From Macrostomum lignano (taxonomy: Eukaryota): 64,000 nucleotides of DNA. The notes beneath the pieces were generated by a model, which ran no database searches, was not told the DNA's origin, and saw only the letters and a program-made list of their open reading frames with translations. This document shows positions 1 through 14,095 of this stretch, piece after piece (within the stretch, counting starts at the first letter, position 1; each line of letters opens with the position of its first letter). Location of the stretch: the NCBI GenBank assembly GCA_002269645.1, contig NIVC01000083.1, positions 468,863 to 532,862 of the forward strand, read 5' to 3'. The translations under genes and the position numbers were made by a program.

Positions 1-515
1 TTGGTATGATAGGAGCATTGCTATTTGTGACCCTTCTCATTAACAAAACCCGTGCATAGCCAAAAGTTTGAGGTGCTCGTGAGTAAATTCTTTGTTGTCG
101 CATGAGACAAAGTGACACACGAAACCTAACGACTGGAATGACTTCACACCCACGTTTCTGTCTTCGGGTGAGCCAATCAATTTTCACTGTCATCTGCAGC
201 TGCTGCTGCTGCTGCTGGTTTCCAACTCATTCAATTCTCAACAATGCAGCCATTATTTCAAATGAAATGCAGGAAATTCAAGTGCTCTTGTAAATGAGAA
301 GCAAGAATTACTCCTCTGCATACAATGAGCAGGGTCTAACAGCTGTCAGTACTCTTGTAGAATGAGCTGCCATTGTTGACGACACAAGATAAAACGTATT
401 TCCTACCTTTATCGTTTTGCATCTTATTGACTAAAATAATCACCGACAAATTTAGCTTGTAATATATTTATTAATAGTAGTAAAGCAGGCGTATTGTGTT
501 CGTTAACTTGTTCAG

Positions 516-3500
516 GTGCGTGTCAAACTGCAACCAGGCCAAGATGAAGGGACTTATGTCGGGAATTAACGCCTGCAATCAGCCAGTGATTAAAATTGAC
601 GGTAAAACAGCCTTCAAGCTGCAGACGCAGATTCTGGATTACAATCCGGCGGCCACCTACTCGTACAGGTGGTGGATGTCTTCGATTTCGAATCCGTTCG
701 ATAAGTGCCCGGATGATCTTACCGAACAGGAGGTGCTGGAAAGTTTCGCCAGGCAGAATGAGAATTCGGGCGGCAGTCCTTGGTGCATTGTTGACGGCTG
801 TAAGTGAGCTCGAGCTGGATACTTTGTTTCGAATATTTCATTGAAACTTTTTTGGGAAGATATCTGCTCTCATTAACTGTTGTCCCTTTTTTTCAAACCG
901 TTTCAGTGTCCAAGTCGAGTACAGGTGAGCTGGACTATGGATTGTTTGAGTTATATGGTTGAAAGGGTATCACTAAATGCAAAGCATCAAAATCTCAATA
1001 AGACTTCTTGAGCAGTTCAGCGGTGAACAGTCCTGACTGTCGCGCTATGATTTCTGGTTTGATTATTTGCGGGGTTTGTTGTGCGATTTATGCTCAATGA
1101 GGGCCAGCCCCCAAGGCACAGAGAGCGTACATGTAAATGCCTGAGGATCAGAAAGTCAGCCAGGGCTGCTGTACACCCTGTGTGAGCGTGTGTACGAGTG
1201 CGTGCCTGCGTACAGTATTGGCGTGTTTGTGTGTGCTCAGTGGAGTCCTTGTCGCCAAATGCGTTATGCTTCGAGCTTTGGCTGTCAGCTTGACTATAAT
1301 CTCTGACGACCACTTGCAAAAGTTGAGTAGGTAAAACTGTAGCACCTGGCGTGTCTCTTCATCCTCTAGGCATTGAGGGCCCAGGATTGGCGCTGGACGA
1401 CAATCTGCCCTTCCTAACTAACGTGTCATCGAACCAGTACTTCCTCCTGCAAATCGTCTCCTATCGTGGCTCGGACACAAACAACACCGGCTTCACCCGG
1501 GTACTGTTTACCATCAACAGCAACCCGGACCTGTCCGGCCTGAATGTAAAAATCAATCCTTCCATCGGTGAAGCATTGCACACGCGGTTCGACATTGACT
1601 GCAGCGGAGCAGCGGACGACGATGGCATTCTTGGCTATTATGTGGGCTTCGCGACGAGACCGAATGCCGAGATGAGCCAGTGCAGCTGGATAAACTCTAG
1701 GATGAGTAAGTCATGCTTAGGAGCAGGTGTGGCTGATTACTCTGTGTGCACCAAATCAAGAATTTGAAAACCAGAGTTTTATTCATTACGCTTTAATATC
1801 AAAGAGTCAGCCTGGCCGTCACTCTCCGTTTCCCATTGCACAGTAAGCAGCTGCTCCATCACGAGCCAGTTGTTGCCAGCCGGCCTGCCAGGGAACGGCA
1901 ACAAGGTGTGGATCTGCATCAAAGCTTACGACACCATCTATTCCTACAGTTTTGCCAGCAACTTCTCTGTAACTGTGACGACACCAGCCGTTTCCGTGGC
2001 AGCAAATCCGAACTTCCTACGCGAGAAGGAGAACGTGATAAACTCTGGCAGCCTGTCGGATCTGGTGTCATTTGCCAGCGTGGCGGCCACCTGCATGAAC
2101 CAGCCGACGGCGGGCGGCAGCGGTGGCAACGGCTCGACCGGCGCCGATTTCGCAGCAGCAGAGTCAGGAGGAGCTCGACAAGGCCATCACCATTCGTCGC
2201 GATCTGATGGTAGCAATCAAGAAAACTTTGCCGAATCAGAACGACAGTTCAACTAGTGTGGACGCTGGCGAAGTTCGAAGCACGCTGGACTGTCTGAGAT
2301 TTCTCACCTCGAAGCCGGACGAAATCAACGACGAGAGCGTCAACGTTGCCAGCGACATCATCGACAGTCAGGCCAAGTTCCTCATTCGCAGCTCGACAGA
2401 CCCCAACACGGGAGCTTCAGATATTGCTAACGCTGTTGGACCGCTGATTGAGGCGTCCAGCAACCTGCTTAAGGCTGGGGATAAGAACCAGAAACGCAGC
2501 GGAGGCAACAGCGGCACCAGCCAGAAGCAGCAGAAGCCGAACACGAAGCTACTAGGCACAATATCAGCTGGCGCATCGGCCATTTCCAACAAGCAGGTGG
2601 TTGGTGAGAAGCCAACCGTTTTGGTTGGAGGCGATCTGAGTCTTTCGGTTAGCAAGTCTGAGAACTACAGGCTGAAAAATGGTGAGGATTTCATTTATTG
2701 AGGTTCTAAGAGCTAAAAGAGACTTAACACTGCGTTAATAGATTATAAATAATCAACTAAACTGTACAGTGAAGTAACCATTGAAGTGTGTATTCAGTGA
2801 ACACGAGGTAACGGAGAATGCATAGGAAAATGTGGCTGAGAATTGTACATGCGGCTAAATAGTGTGCAATGAGGTACACGTGAGGCTAAGGAGTGCAAAG
2901 TGAAGTAAGCATGGAGCTAAGCAACGATGATCCAGAGAAGTCAAACGTTGCAAAACTTCAGCCGCTGTGGAACCGGGTCGCAAGTCCGACTGTGGCCGAG
3001 TGAAATTCGGTCAAACCAAGCGAGCCGACGGCAGCGAATTATTCAGCAAGTACAATCCGCAGTCGAAAAAGTTCGACAAGGCGCCCTACGTCAGCACGCA
3101 GTTTACTACGATGAACAACAACATGTTCGCTGTGGCCCAGGGCGGCGCCAATCTTACCTCAAACGTCTTCATGCTCAATACGCAGGACGGCGCTTCCGGT
3201 ACAACTGAACCATTCAAAATCACCGAGACGGCTCCAGACTCTGAGATTGAAATTCTAATTTCCACCAGGTCAGTGTTAGCAAGGACGTGATTAAAACTAT
3301 TATATGATTCAGCCTCGCTTGATGCTAAACTACGCATTGACGTATTTTAAGAAAGTCTGAGCAGAAAATCTTTTTTTAAATGTAAATGCGGTAGTTAGAA
3401 TTCGGTTCACGCTTTTTGAAGCATACATTATCGAGATATGACACTTACATGTAGATCTACAATATCTCATATTTGCTTCCAGTTGGTCTTCACTTTCTTT

Positions 3501-6500
3501 AAGGTTAATTTATGTTCGCAGTGATCAGGCACTCTTACGACGTACTCTTGACCCGCTGCCAAGGTGACTAGTTGTGCACAGCGGTTGTGACACACTAAAA
3601 GCTCTCTCTCCGTCCTCTCCCACCACTTTCTTGTAAATGCTTCCATTTCTTTTACACGGCGACATTTTCGGGCTTATGCGAGAAATTTTACGATTCAAAT
3701 CTTTATTTGTCTACTTTTCTCAGTAGTCTAAATTGAATCTCTCAATCCTGCTTCTTGCAAATTTTTTCTTGTGTACGGTTTTTAACAGTTTTTACAGTAC
3801 GCTCTGGCACTGTGATGAGTCGCAAATCCCGACAACTGTGTACTACAATAACAATAGACTATTGTTTCACTTATAGGGATGACAAAACGGGCACAGAGAC
3901 CACCTTCATGGAGACACTGCCCGCTAAGGATAAAATGCGAGTTCAAATCGCCGAGGTCACTCCTGATCAGGGCCTGTTCGTTAAGCTTACTCGGTTCCTG
4001 AACTATACCGAGTTTTTAGAGAACTCAACCGAGTCTAATGTGACGGTTCAGGTAAGGATATTTGCGATATGAGTTACAGGTTTTTTTATAGAAATTCTGC
4101 GGGTCTTTGTAAAGGAATACGATTATCCAAAGCTGGAACTTGTTTCAACCCCACAAACTACACTGCAGATTCCTCAGCGCATTCTGATGAACAACTATAC
4201 ATTCTACGAGGGAGAATTCGAATTTCACGTCTACATGCGCGTCGGTCAAGCGCCAACAGACCAAGCGTTTGACTACTTCTGCAAGCTGCCTCTGGGGAAT
4301 CCGCCAAACTGTACAAACTCGGCGAGCACCGACTCGGGGTCTGATGGAACTGGCGACGCCTCGACCAACTCTTCGAATCCTGCTGGCACGACAGCCACCT
4401 CTAGAACTACTACGACTGCTACGCCTACGACAACAACGACTTCTAGTACAACAACGACTGGCACAGCTTCAAGTTCGGATAGCACCGAAAAATGTGCCAA
4501 CCGTTGGGAGAGGGCCGACCGGTGGACTTGCTTCCTGCCGCCCGAGATGCTGGCTGTGTGAGTGTATAGAACGTGCATTTGATGTAGATCAATTTAGCGT
4601 CAAAGCCTACTGCGCAGCTTTGGGTTGTTTGTTACACGATTAAGCTGAGCAGACAAATCGAGTTTAAAAAACCGAAGAGGGTGGGGATAAAACAAGAAGT
4701 GGTTGGAAACTAAAACAGCATTTCACTCTCCGCAGACCCGTTGGAAAGGAGAAAATCTACATTGGCGTACGAGCTCTCCGACTCGACATGAACGAGACCG
4801 GTCTCGGACTGAACTCGTCCACCTTCCGGCGTATCCCAAGCGGCGTGCGATTCAGGGACAACATGACTAGCGACGGCTTCGACATGAGCGCCATAGACCC
4901 CGCTTTCTACGTTGTGGTCGGATACGAGAGCCTGATATTTAGCACTGGCTGCCGATTCTACAATGAGACTTCAAATTCAATGGAGAGTACCGGAGTTAGG
5001 GTGAGTTCATTTAGTGCCCCAAGTGTACTAAATATAAATTTACAGGTACATAAATAGCAATGAAAACACACCTGCTTTGCACTTAACTTTTACAGCTCGG
5101 CCAGTGCTCCAATCCCTACCTGACGCAGTGCTTCACTCGCCATCTGACCTCATTCATGTCCTCATTCTACGTGCCGCCAATCCAATTCGATCCGAACGAC
5201 TCTGGCTGGCTCAAACTCGACTCAAACCCCATCGCCCTGGCTCTCGTTCTGTCTCTGGTCTGTTTCTACTTTCTCGTCATTATCTGGGCCAGCAAGAAGG
5301 ACCGGGAAGACGTCACCAAATTGGCGTGACGCCTCTGCCAGACAATGATCCGAGAGACGAGTTTGAGTACGAGCTCACATTCTGGACCGGCGCCAGAGGC
5401 GGTGCTGGGACGACAGCGAACGTGTCTCTAATCCTGTCAGGAGACGAAGGCGACACCCTGCCGAGACTGATCCGCGATCCGCAAAGACTGGTGCTCCAAC
5501 GCGGTGCCACGGACAGCTTCCTGATGCGCACTCCCGTGTACCTGGGCCGGCTGACCCACATGCGCCTGTGGCATGACAACGCTGGCAGCTCACCTAATTG
5601 GTACTTCTCTCGGCTGCTGGTGCACGACTTGCAAACTGGGGACAAGTACTACTTCATCAGCAACCGCTGGTTTGCTATTGACGAAGATGACGGAATGGTG
5701 AGTTTATATGGTGCATCCAATCGTTTCTCGGTCTTTGCTCTGAAATCTTGGCATGTTGCACATGGAGTCTCGTGTAACAACAATTAACTACATCGCTTCT
5801 CTTCCCACGAAACCCGCAACCACAGGTGGACAGGATCATCGCCCTATCCGGCAAAGAGGAGATCAACGGCTTCGAGAACGTGTTCTGGACTCGCTCGCAG
5901 AAGAACCTGTATGACGGTCACCTGTGGTTCAGCGTGGTGACCAGGCCGGCCAGATCGAAGTTCACCAGGTGTCAGCGAGCCACCGCCTGTCTCTGCTTGC
6001 TGATGAGCACCATGATGGTCAACCTGATGTTCTACAATCAGTCGCAGCACGTAGAGAGCCCCAAACTGATCGAGATCGGGCCAGTGAAGTTCACGCCTCA
6101 CAGTATCTACATTGCAACGGTGTCCACCCTGATTATCCTGCCCGTGAACGTGCTCATCGTCCTGCTGTTTAAGAATAGGCGAGACAGGGTCGTCGTGAAG
6201 AAGGTGAGACGCTTCAGACCTCGCTGCAACTTGAGGTTTAAATACAATTCGTTACACAATGAATTTAAAGCATATTTGAATCAATCGAACTCACTCTGGA
6301 CTCCTTCCAGCTCAATAAAAATCCATCCGAAAGCTTTATCTTTAGAATAAATATTTTATCATAAATCACTCTTAATTATCCGCCTAAACCCATCAAAATT
6401 CTGTCTGCATCGTGACCTCCACAGGGCTTCGAACGCGGCGGCGAAATGGAGCGCGGTGCCGCCGAACGTCGTCGTATCGCCGCGGCCGGTCGAGCGGACA

Positions 6501-9500
6501 GCGGCTCCGCCGAGTCGGTGGACGCTTCTCAAGCGCGGCGTGACATGGAGCACTCTCTTGACGCCAGCGGCCGTCTCGACACCGACGATGTGAGCGTCGG
6601 CATGGCAGCCGACAAGACTCAGGACAAGAAGTCGATCCCGCTGTCGCATCTGAAGGCGGCGCATCCCGACCAGTTCGGCGCCATGCCCGATGCCGTCAGC
6701 CAGAGCAATCTTCGCGCCGACACCACCGGCGAGCACAAGAAGGGCGTCATGTCGGCCTTGAAGTCGGTCTGGTCAAAGATCTTCCCACTGCCCTGGTGGT
6801 CCTACTATATTGGCTACGGGCTCAGCTTTGCTACTGTCGCCGTGTGCACCTACCTAATGGTGGAATTCGCCAACGTACTGGGCGAGGCCAAGACAGCCGA
6901 ATGGCTGGCCAGCATGGCCGTCACTCTGCTGCAGTCGATTGTCCTGGTTCAGCCGATCAAGATCCTGGCCATCGCTCTGATGTACGCTGTGCTGATCCGC
7001 AAGCCCGAGGAGGACCAAGATGAGCTGACCAAGGAGATGACCATGATGGGCGTCGAGCCAATGCACAAGACCTTGACTATGCGCGACCTCTCCAACCCGG
7101 AGGTGCTGTCGAAGCTCGCCCGTATCAAACACTCGGCGCCGCCGCCTCCCGACGCTCGACTGTTGGAGTTCCAGCGGCAGCAGCGCCTGCACGAGCTGAA
7201 CATGCAGGCCGTGATCCGGGACATCATATTCTATGTGGTTTTCCTGGTGTTCCTGATGCTGTGCGCCTACACCAACCAGGACTACAGGACCTACCTGCAG
7301 AACAGCATGGTGAGCGGCAGCATTGCCAAGGGTTCCTATGTGGTCAACAACACTCCGGAGGCTAGGGCCACCGCTCCGCCGATGTTTGACGATATCGACC
7401 AGTTCAAGTCGGCCTTCGAATTCATCAACGGCGTCGTCATACCGACATTGTACCCGGTGGCGTGCTACGATGGCACCCAGTGCTCGCTGATTCAAGGTAG
7501 CAACTGGACTCAGGACCCGAGCTACCTGCTCGTCCGTCAAGCTCAGCTCCGTCAGCTTCGCATCGCCCCGAAACAGCGCTGCACAGTTAGCAAGTATTTC
7601 GTCGATATTATCTCCACCTGTCGTGACGAATACTCTCTGTTTAGCGAGGAGGACAGAGACTTCGGGCCGGGCTGGGTGGCGTACAACGCCTCGGCGCCGA
7701 GTCACGTATCCAATCCGGGCTGGCAGTTCACCGGAGCAGCGTCGGTCTACGGAACGCCGTACAGCGGGCAGCTGGGCACCTACGGTGGCGGAGGCTACAT
7801 CGCCACCCTCGGCCGCACCAGGGCGTCGGCTCTGGCCAAGGTGAACCACCTTTTTGAGAACAGCTGGATGGATCATCGAACTCGCGCTGTGTTCATCGAA
7901 TTCCTGATCTACAATGCCAACACTAATCTGTACTCGTTCGCCACCTTCCTGTTGGAGTTCTTCAACGGCGGAGGCGTTATCCGCGAGCCGAAGGTGTCGA
8001 CGCTGAGGCTGGATCGCTACGTCGGCGTCAACGCTGTCTTCTTCATCGCCCTGGACGCGATCGCTGGAATTTTCATTTTGATCTTCATGGTTAGAGAAAT
8101 TAAAGAGCTGCACAAGAAAAAGTGCGCCTATTTCAAGGACTTCTTTAACGTGCTAGACTTCTCGCTGATCATTGCCTGCATCATCTCAATGGCGCTGTAC
8201 ATCACCAGGATCGTGGTGCAGAAGCTGGTCAGCTGGTACATGCGCAAGTACCCGGATAGGTTCATCAACTTTGCCTGGCTGGTGATGTGGGATGAGCTCA
8301 ACCAGTTCTTCTTGGGCACTGTGGTGTTCATCTTCACCGTGCGATTCCTTCGCCTGCTGTACTTCAACAAGAAGATCCGCATGCTCGGCCAGGTGCTGAA
8401 GTACTCAGCTGGGCCACTTGGCTACTTTGGCATCATCTTTTTCATCTGCTTCTTCTCCTTCGTGCAAGCCGGCTATCTGATGTTCTTCACCGTGGTGCGC
8501 TCATTCAAGACGCCGATTAGCACGATTGAGACTCTCGGAGTGATGACGCTGAGTGAGTCTTTGTTGTATTACTTACCCGATCCTACATTTAAAACCGAGT
8601 CTTTGTACATTAGTGCTGGGTTAATAGCTTAAAGCTTCTTGCCTTTAATAATTAGAAGTCTAGAAGTGGTTTTGTGGATAAGAGTTTCATAGATCGCTAT
8701 TGGCTGAGCCGAGTAGTGAGGTGGGTAGGAGTTTCAGAGATCGCTATTGGCTGAGCCGAGGAGTGAGGTGGGTAGGAGTTTCAGAGATCGCTATTGGCTG
8801 AGCCGAGGAGTGAGGTGGGTGGGTGTTTCAGAGATCGCTATTGGCTGAGCCGAGGAGTGAGGTGGGTAGGAGTTTCAGAGATCGCTATTAGCTGAGCCGA
8901 GGAGTGAGGTGGGTAGGAGTTTCAGAGATCGCTATTAGTTGAGCCGAGGAGTGAGGTGCTACAAGTTCTGGCTAGAGAATAAAGACTAAAAATACTTCAA
9001 GCACACGAATTCCATGAACTCCAAATTTGCATCCGCAGACAAATTCGACTTCACCAGTTTCTCAGTCGGCGCCGGCAAGATGGGAATGATATTCTTCTTC
9101 ATCTACATGCTGTTCGTGTCATTTATCCTGGTGAACTTCTTCTTAACTATTATTCTGATCTCGTTCAAGCACGTGAAAGATTCGTGGACCGAGGAAACCA
9201 ACCAGTACGAGATTGTGGAGTATGTGGCTGGCAAGTTTAAGAAGCTGTTCGGCATTGGAAAGGCCGGGGACGCCCAGTCCAGGATTGACTCGCGATTCGC
9301 CTACATTGCCGGTGAGTTCAGAATGAGATCTGCTCACCTAAGTATGACCAAATTATAGCTTCACCTTTGTCTACTTAAGCTTGCTAAGCTTGCTAACCTT
9401 CGTTTGCTCCCGTTTTATCTAAACCATGACTCAACACGATCACCTTTTACCTTCAATGTCTGTGTAACATATGACTGAACATATCACCTTTGATATTGTA

Positions 9501-10223
9501 TGTCTGTGTAACATATGACTCAACATGATCACTGGTGACCTTCAATGTCTGTGTAACATATGACTCAACATGATCACTGGTGACCTTCAATGTCTGTGTA
9601 ACATATGACTCAACACGATCACCTTTGACCTTCAATGTCTGTGTAACATACGACTGAACATATCACCTTTGATCTTGTATGTCTGTGTAACATATGACTC
9701 AACATGATCACTGGTGACCTTCAATGTCTGTGTAACATATGACTCAACATGATCACTGGTGACCTTCAATGTCTGTGTAACATATGACTCAACATGATCA
9801 CCTTTGACCTTCAATGTCTGTGTAACATATGACTCAACATGATCACCGTTGACCTTCAATGTCTGTGTAACATATGACTCAACATGATCACCTTTGACCT
9901 TTAATGTCTGTGTAACATATGACTACGTGACGTGACTTCAAACTGACGTCCCATACGTAACACTCAACTCCGCTAAATTAACCTCATTTAACCCCTGAAT
10001 TCACCAACCAGACGAACTGGACATCGAAGAGCAGGAACGCGAAATCCAACTCAAAGTGGACAGCATGATGGACCGCCTGCTGCTGGTGATGACTGGCGAG
10101 CCGCCGGACAAAGACCACATCAGGCAGCAGCTCCAGCGAAGCGGCGAGAGCGGCGGCGACGCCAACGGTGGGAGAGCCGGCGGCCGCGGCGGCCGACAGC
10201 TGGTGTTGAGCGGCGATGCCTAA
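516..10223 (+). CDS. Polycystin-1-like (PKD1/PKD1L/REJ family) receptor-channel; 5' end lies outside the window; about 2,070 aa visible
   Basis: Phase-consistent GT-AG exons: 516-799, 907-924 (microexon), 1370-1705, 1844-2681, 2962-3268, 3877-4051, 4169-4557, 4736-5000, 5096-5697, 5826-6203, 6425-8552, 9039-9311, 10012-10223 (TAA). Motifs: REJ end (LLPAG..NKVWICIKAYD), GPS (QCFTRHLTSF), TM1 then PLAT (GVTPLPDND..TGARGGAGTTANV..RLWHDNAG..W), FTRCQRATAC, TOP domain (LRQLR, GTYGGGGY, WMDHRTRAVFIEF..YNAN), six-TM channel block. Two 1-nt frameshifts (about 2150 and 5320) must be corrected. Confidence 0.93.
1090..1250 (+). mobile_element. Diverged fragment of SINE family A
   Basis: ggccagcccccaaggcacag...agggctgctgtacaccctgtgtgagcgtgtg...gctcagtggagtc aligns by eye to the middle of the copies at 11741-12097 and 35836-36198. 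Confidence 0.55.
8681..8958. repeat. 47-bp minisatellite, about 6 copies, in a PKD1-like intron
   Basis: Unit gatcgctattggctgagccgaggagtgaggtgggtaggagtttcaga. Confidence 0.95.
9425..9924. repeat. 45-bp minisatellite, about 11 copies, in a PKD1-like intron
   Basis: Unit ccttcaatgtctgtgtaacatatgactcaacatgatcactggtga. Confidence 0.95.
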
Positions 10224-10911
10224 CTATTTAAGTGAAGTTTTTGTTGAACAATTCACAACTGAACCAAAACAAAAACATTTTAAATAACACTTAGAGGTCA
10301 GGTTTCACCTGTTTGGCAAAATACAATGTGGGCCAACCCCAAGGCACATGTTTGAGGACATAGCGGAATGGGGCAAGACTGTTTGAAAACTCGGGTCGAC
10401 TTTGATTTTGGCAGCGCCACAAAGCCACTGAAAAAAACTTCAAATTAAGGTCAGGTCAAGGTCAGGTGATATTGGACCTTGGAAATTTTTTAAATGTGTT
10501 TTTCCTACACTCATATTCATCTAATTTTGGTCAAAAATTTATCAAACAAAAATTACATTCCTTCCTTGCAAATGTCAGCTTTACCTTTCTGGAATATTCT
10601 TTCTGAACTGCAAATCTTTGTAAGCTGTTATTGATACATAATCTTAAAAAACAAACTTAAGCGCCTAAAACTCTGTGTTTTGTTTTACTGAATATGAAAA
10701 TTTAATATTTTCTTATTACACTTTTCTCTCGTTGCTACTCAGCCTTTAAAATATTCTTATTGAAGCGAATATGAGTCTATTTTTAATCTGATAAGAAATT
10801 ATTCTCAAATAAAATATTTCGTTCTGCAACTGTGCTTCTAAAAGTTTCTCTGGCATCGCAAATCATTGATGAATTTGTTGCAATATTTCAGATTTTTTCT
10901 TCACAATGGAA

Positions 10912-11740
<829 letters not shown>

Positions 11741-12097
11741 TGGTCCAGCGCGGCGCTCTGATGTGCCAAGCGGGCCAGGCTCGATTCCCAGTGCAGTCGC
11801 ATTAATTTGGGGCTGAATTGGAATCTCGGCTTGGCTCTGCTCGTGTAATTATCGCCCAGCTTGAGAGCCAACGCCCAAGGCGCAGTGAAGTGTACATGGC
11901 TAACGATAAATAAAGTTAGGGCCGCTGTACACTCCTGTTTGAGTGTGTGCCTGTGCGTATGACTGCGTACACATCCGCACGCTTGTGTGCCTCGCTCAGG
12001 GGAGTCGGCGGAATGGGCAGCAATGCCTTTCGCCGGTTGTGTGACAATGCCGCTTAAAGTGCACCAGGGTGCGCACAGCCCCCCCCCCCTAATAAAA
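11741..12097 (+). mobile_element. tRNA-derived SINE family A copy, head abutting the GACA array
   Basis: B-box-like GGCTCGATTCC; body highly similar to the reverse complement of 35836-36198; ends in AATAAAAA. Confidence 0.85.
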
Positions 12098-12439
12098 AGC
12101 GTCACTTAGTGCAAACACAGATTACACAGGAGGAAGGTAGCTCGTAAAAAGGAGAAAAGGAATGTTGATATATGCCTGGGGCCATAACCCCACAGGAGGC
12201 CAAAGCCTAAGCCTCAGAGATAAAGATCAGAAAGGCTATTTTGTGCACGCTGCATTCCTTTTGTAAGTGCCATCAGATTAGCATAGCTACACAGGAAAAT
12301 ACCTGTGACGCTCATGACAAAGAAGAAGCGCTTTGATACCCAATGCTGGTGCAAAATTTTGCCTATTGGCATACACAAAAATGGAAAAAATATGAAAAAT
12401 TACTGAGAGATGGAGTAAAGGTAACTTAGAAGGTAGAGT

Positions 12440-14095
12440 GGAGAGATTGAGAGGGCGAGTAAGGAGACTGAGAGGTAGAGTGAGTGGACTGAGAAATAGA
12501 ATGAGGAGGCTGAGAGGTAGAGTGAGTGGACTGAGAAATAGAATGAGGAGGCTGAGAGGTAAAGTGAGTGGACTGAGAAATAGAATGAGGAGGCTGAGAG
12601 GTAGAGTGAGTGGACTGAGAAATAGAATGAGGAGGCTGAGAGGTAGAGTGAGTGGACTGAGAAATAGAATGAGGAGGCTGAGAGGTAGAGTGAGTGGACT
12701 GAGAAATAGAATGAGGAGGCTGAGAGGTAGAGTGAGTGGACTGAGAAATAGAATGAGGAGACTGAGAGGTAAAGTGAGTGGACTGAGAAATAGAATGAGG
12801 AGGCTGAGAGGTAAAGTGAGTGGACTGAGAAATAGAATGAGGAGACTGAGAGGTAGAGTGAGTAGGCTGAAAGTTAGAGTGGACTGAGAAATAGAATGAG
12901 GAGGCTGAGAGGTAGTGTGAGTAGGCTGAAAGTTAGAGTGGACTGAGAAATAGAATGAGGAGACTGAGAGGTAGAGTGAGTGGACTGAGAAATAGAATGA
13001 GGAGACTGAGAGGTAGAGTGAGTGGACTGAGAATAGAATGAGGAGACTGAGAGGTAGAGTGAGTGGACTGAGAATAGAATGAGGAGACTGAGAGGTAAAG
13101 TGAGTGGACTGAGAAATAGAATGAGGAGACTGAGAGGTAAAGTGAGTGGACTGAGAAATAGAATGAGGAGGCTGAGAGGTAAAGTGAGTGGACTGAGAAA
13201 TAGAATGAGGAGACTGAGAGGTAGAGTGAGTAGGCTGAAAGTTAGAGTGGACTGAGAAATAGAATGAGGAGGCTGAGAGGTAGTGTGAGTAGGCTGAAAG
13301 TTAGAGTGGACTGAGAAATAGAATGAGGAGACTGAGAGGTAGAGTGAGTGGACTGAGAAATAGAATGAGGAGACTGAGAGGTAGAGTGAGTGGACTGAGA
13401 ATAGAATGAGGAGACTGAGAGGTAGAGTGAGTGGACTGAGAATAGAATGAGGAGACTGAGAGGTAGAGTGAGTAGGCTGAAAGTTAGAGTGGACTGAGAA
13501 ATAGAATGAGGAGGCTGAGAGGTAGTGTGAGTAGGCTGAAAGTTAGAGTGGACTGAGAAATAGAATGAGGAGACTGAGAGGTAGAGTGAGTGGACTGAGA
13601 AATAGAATGAGGAGACTGAGAGGTAGAGTGAGTAGGCTGAAAGTTAGAGTGGACTGAGAAATAGAATGAGGAGGCTGAGAGGTAGTGTGAGTAGGCTGAA
13701 AGTTAGAGTGGACTGAGAAATAGAATGAGGAGACTGAGAGGTAGAGTGAGTGGACTGAGAAATAGAATGAGGAGACTGAGAGGTAGAGTGAGTGGACTGA
13801 GAATAGAATGAGGAGACTGAGAGGTAGAGTGAGTGGACTGAGAATAGAATGAGGAGACTGAGAGGTAGAGTGAGTGGACTGAGAATAGAATGAGGAGACT
13901 GAGAGGTAGAGTGAGTGGACTGAGAATAGAATGAGGAGACTGAGAGGTAGAGTGAGTGGACTGAGAATAGAATGAGGAGACTGAGAGGTAGAGTGAGTGG
14001 ACTGAGAATAGAATGAGGAGACTGAGAGGTAGAGTGAGTGGACTGAGAATAGAATGAGGAGGCTGAGAGGTAGTGTGAGTTAGGCTGAAAGTTAG
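12440..14095. repeat. 42-bp purine-rich minisatellite
   Basis: Unit gagaggtagagtgagtggactgagaaatagaatgaggagact with variants. Confidence 0.97.

Noticed and set aside
6854-8113. 419-aa antisense ORF over the large PKD1-like exon
   Set aside because: A shadow ORF expected from GC-rich codon usage; no recognisable motifs.
516-10223. Calling the PKD1-like and NELFCD genes pseudogenes
   Set aside because: Apart from isolated one-base shifts, mostly in short homopolymers, the frames, splice sites and motifs are intact; sequencing error is more likely.
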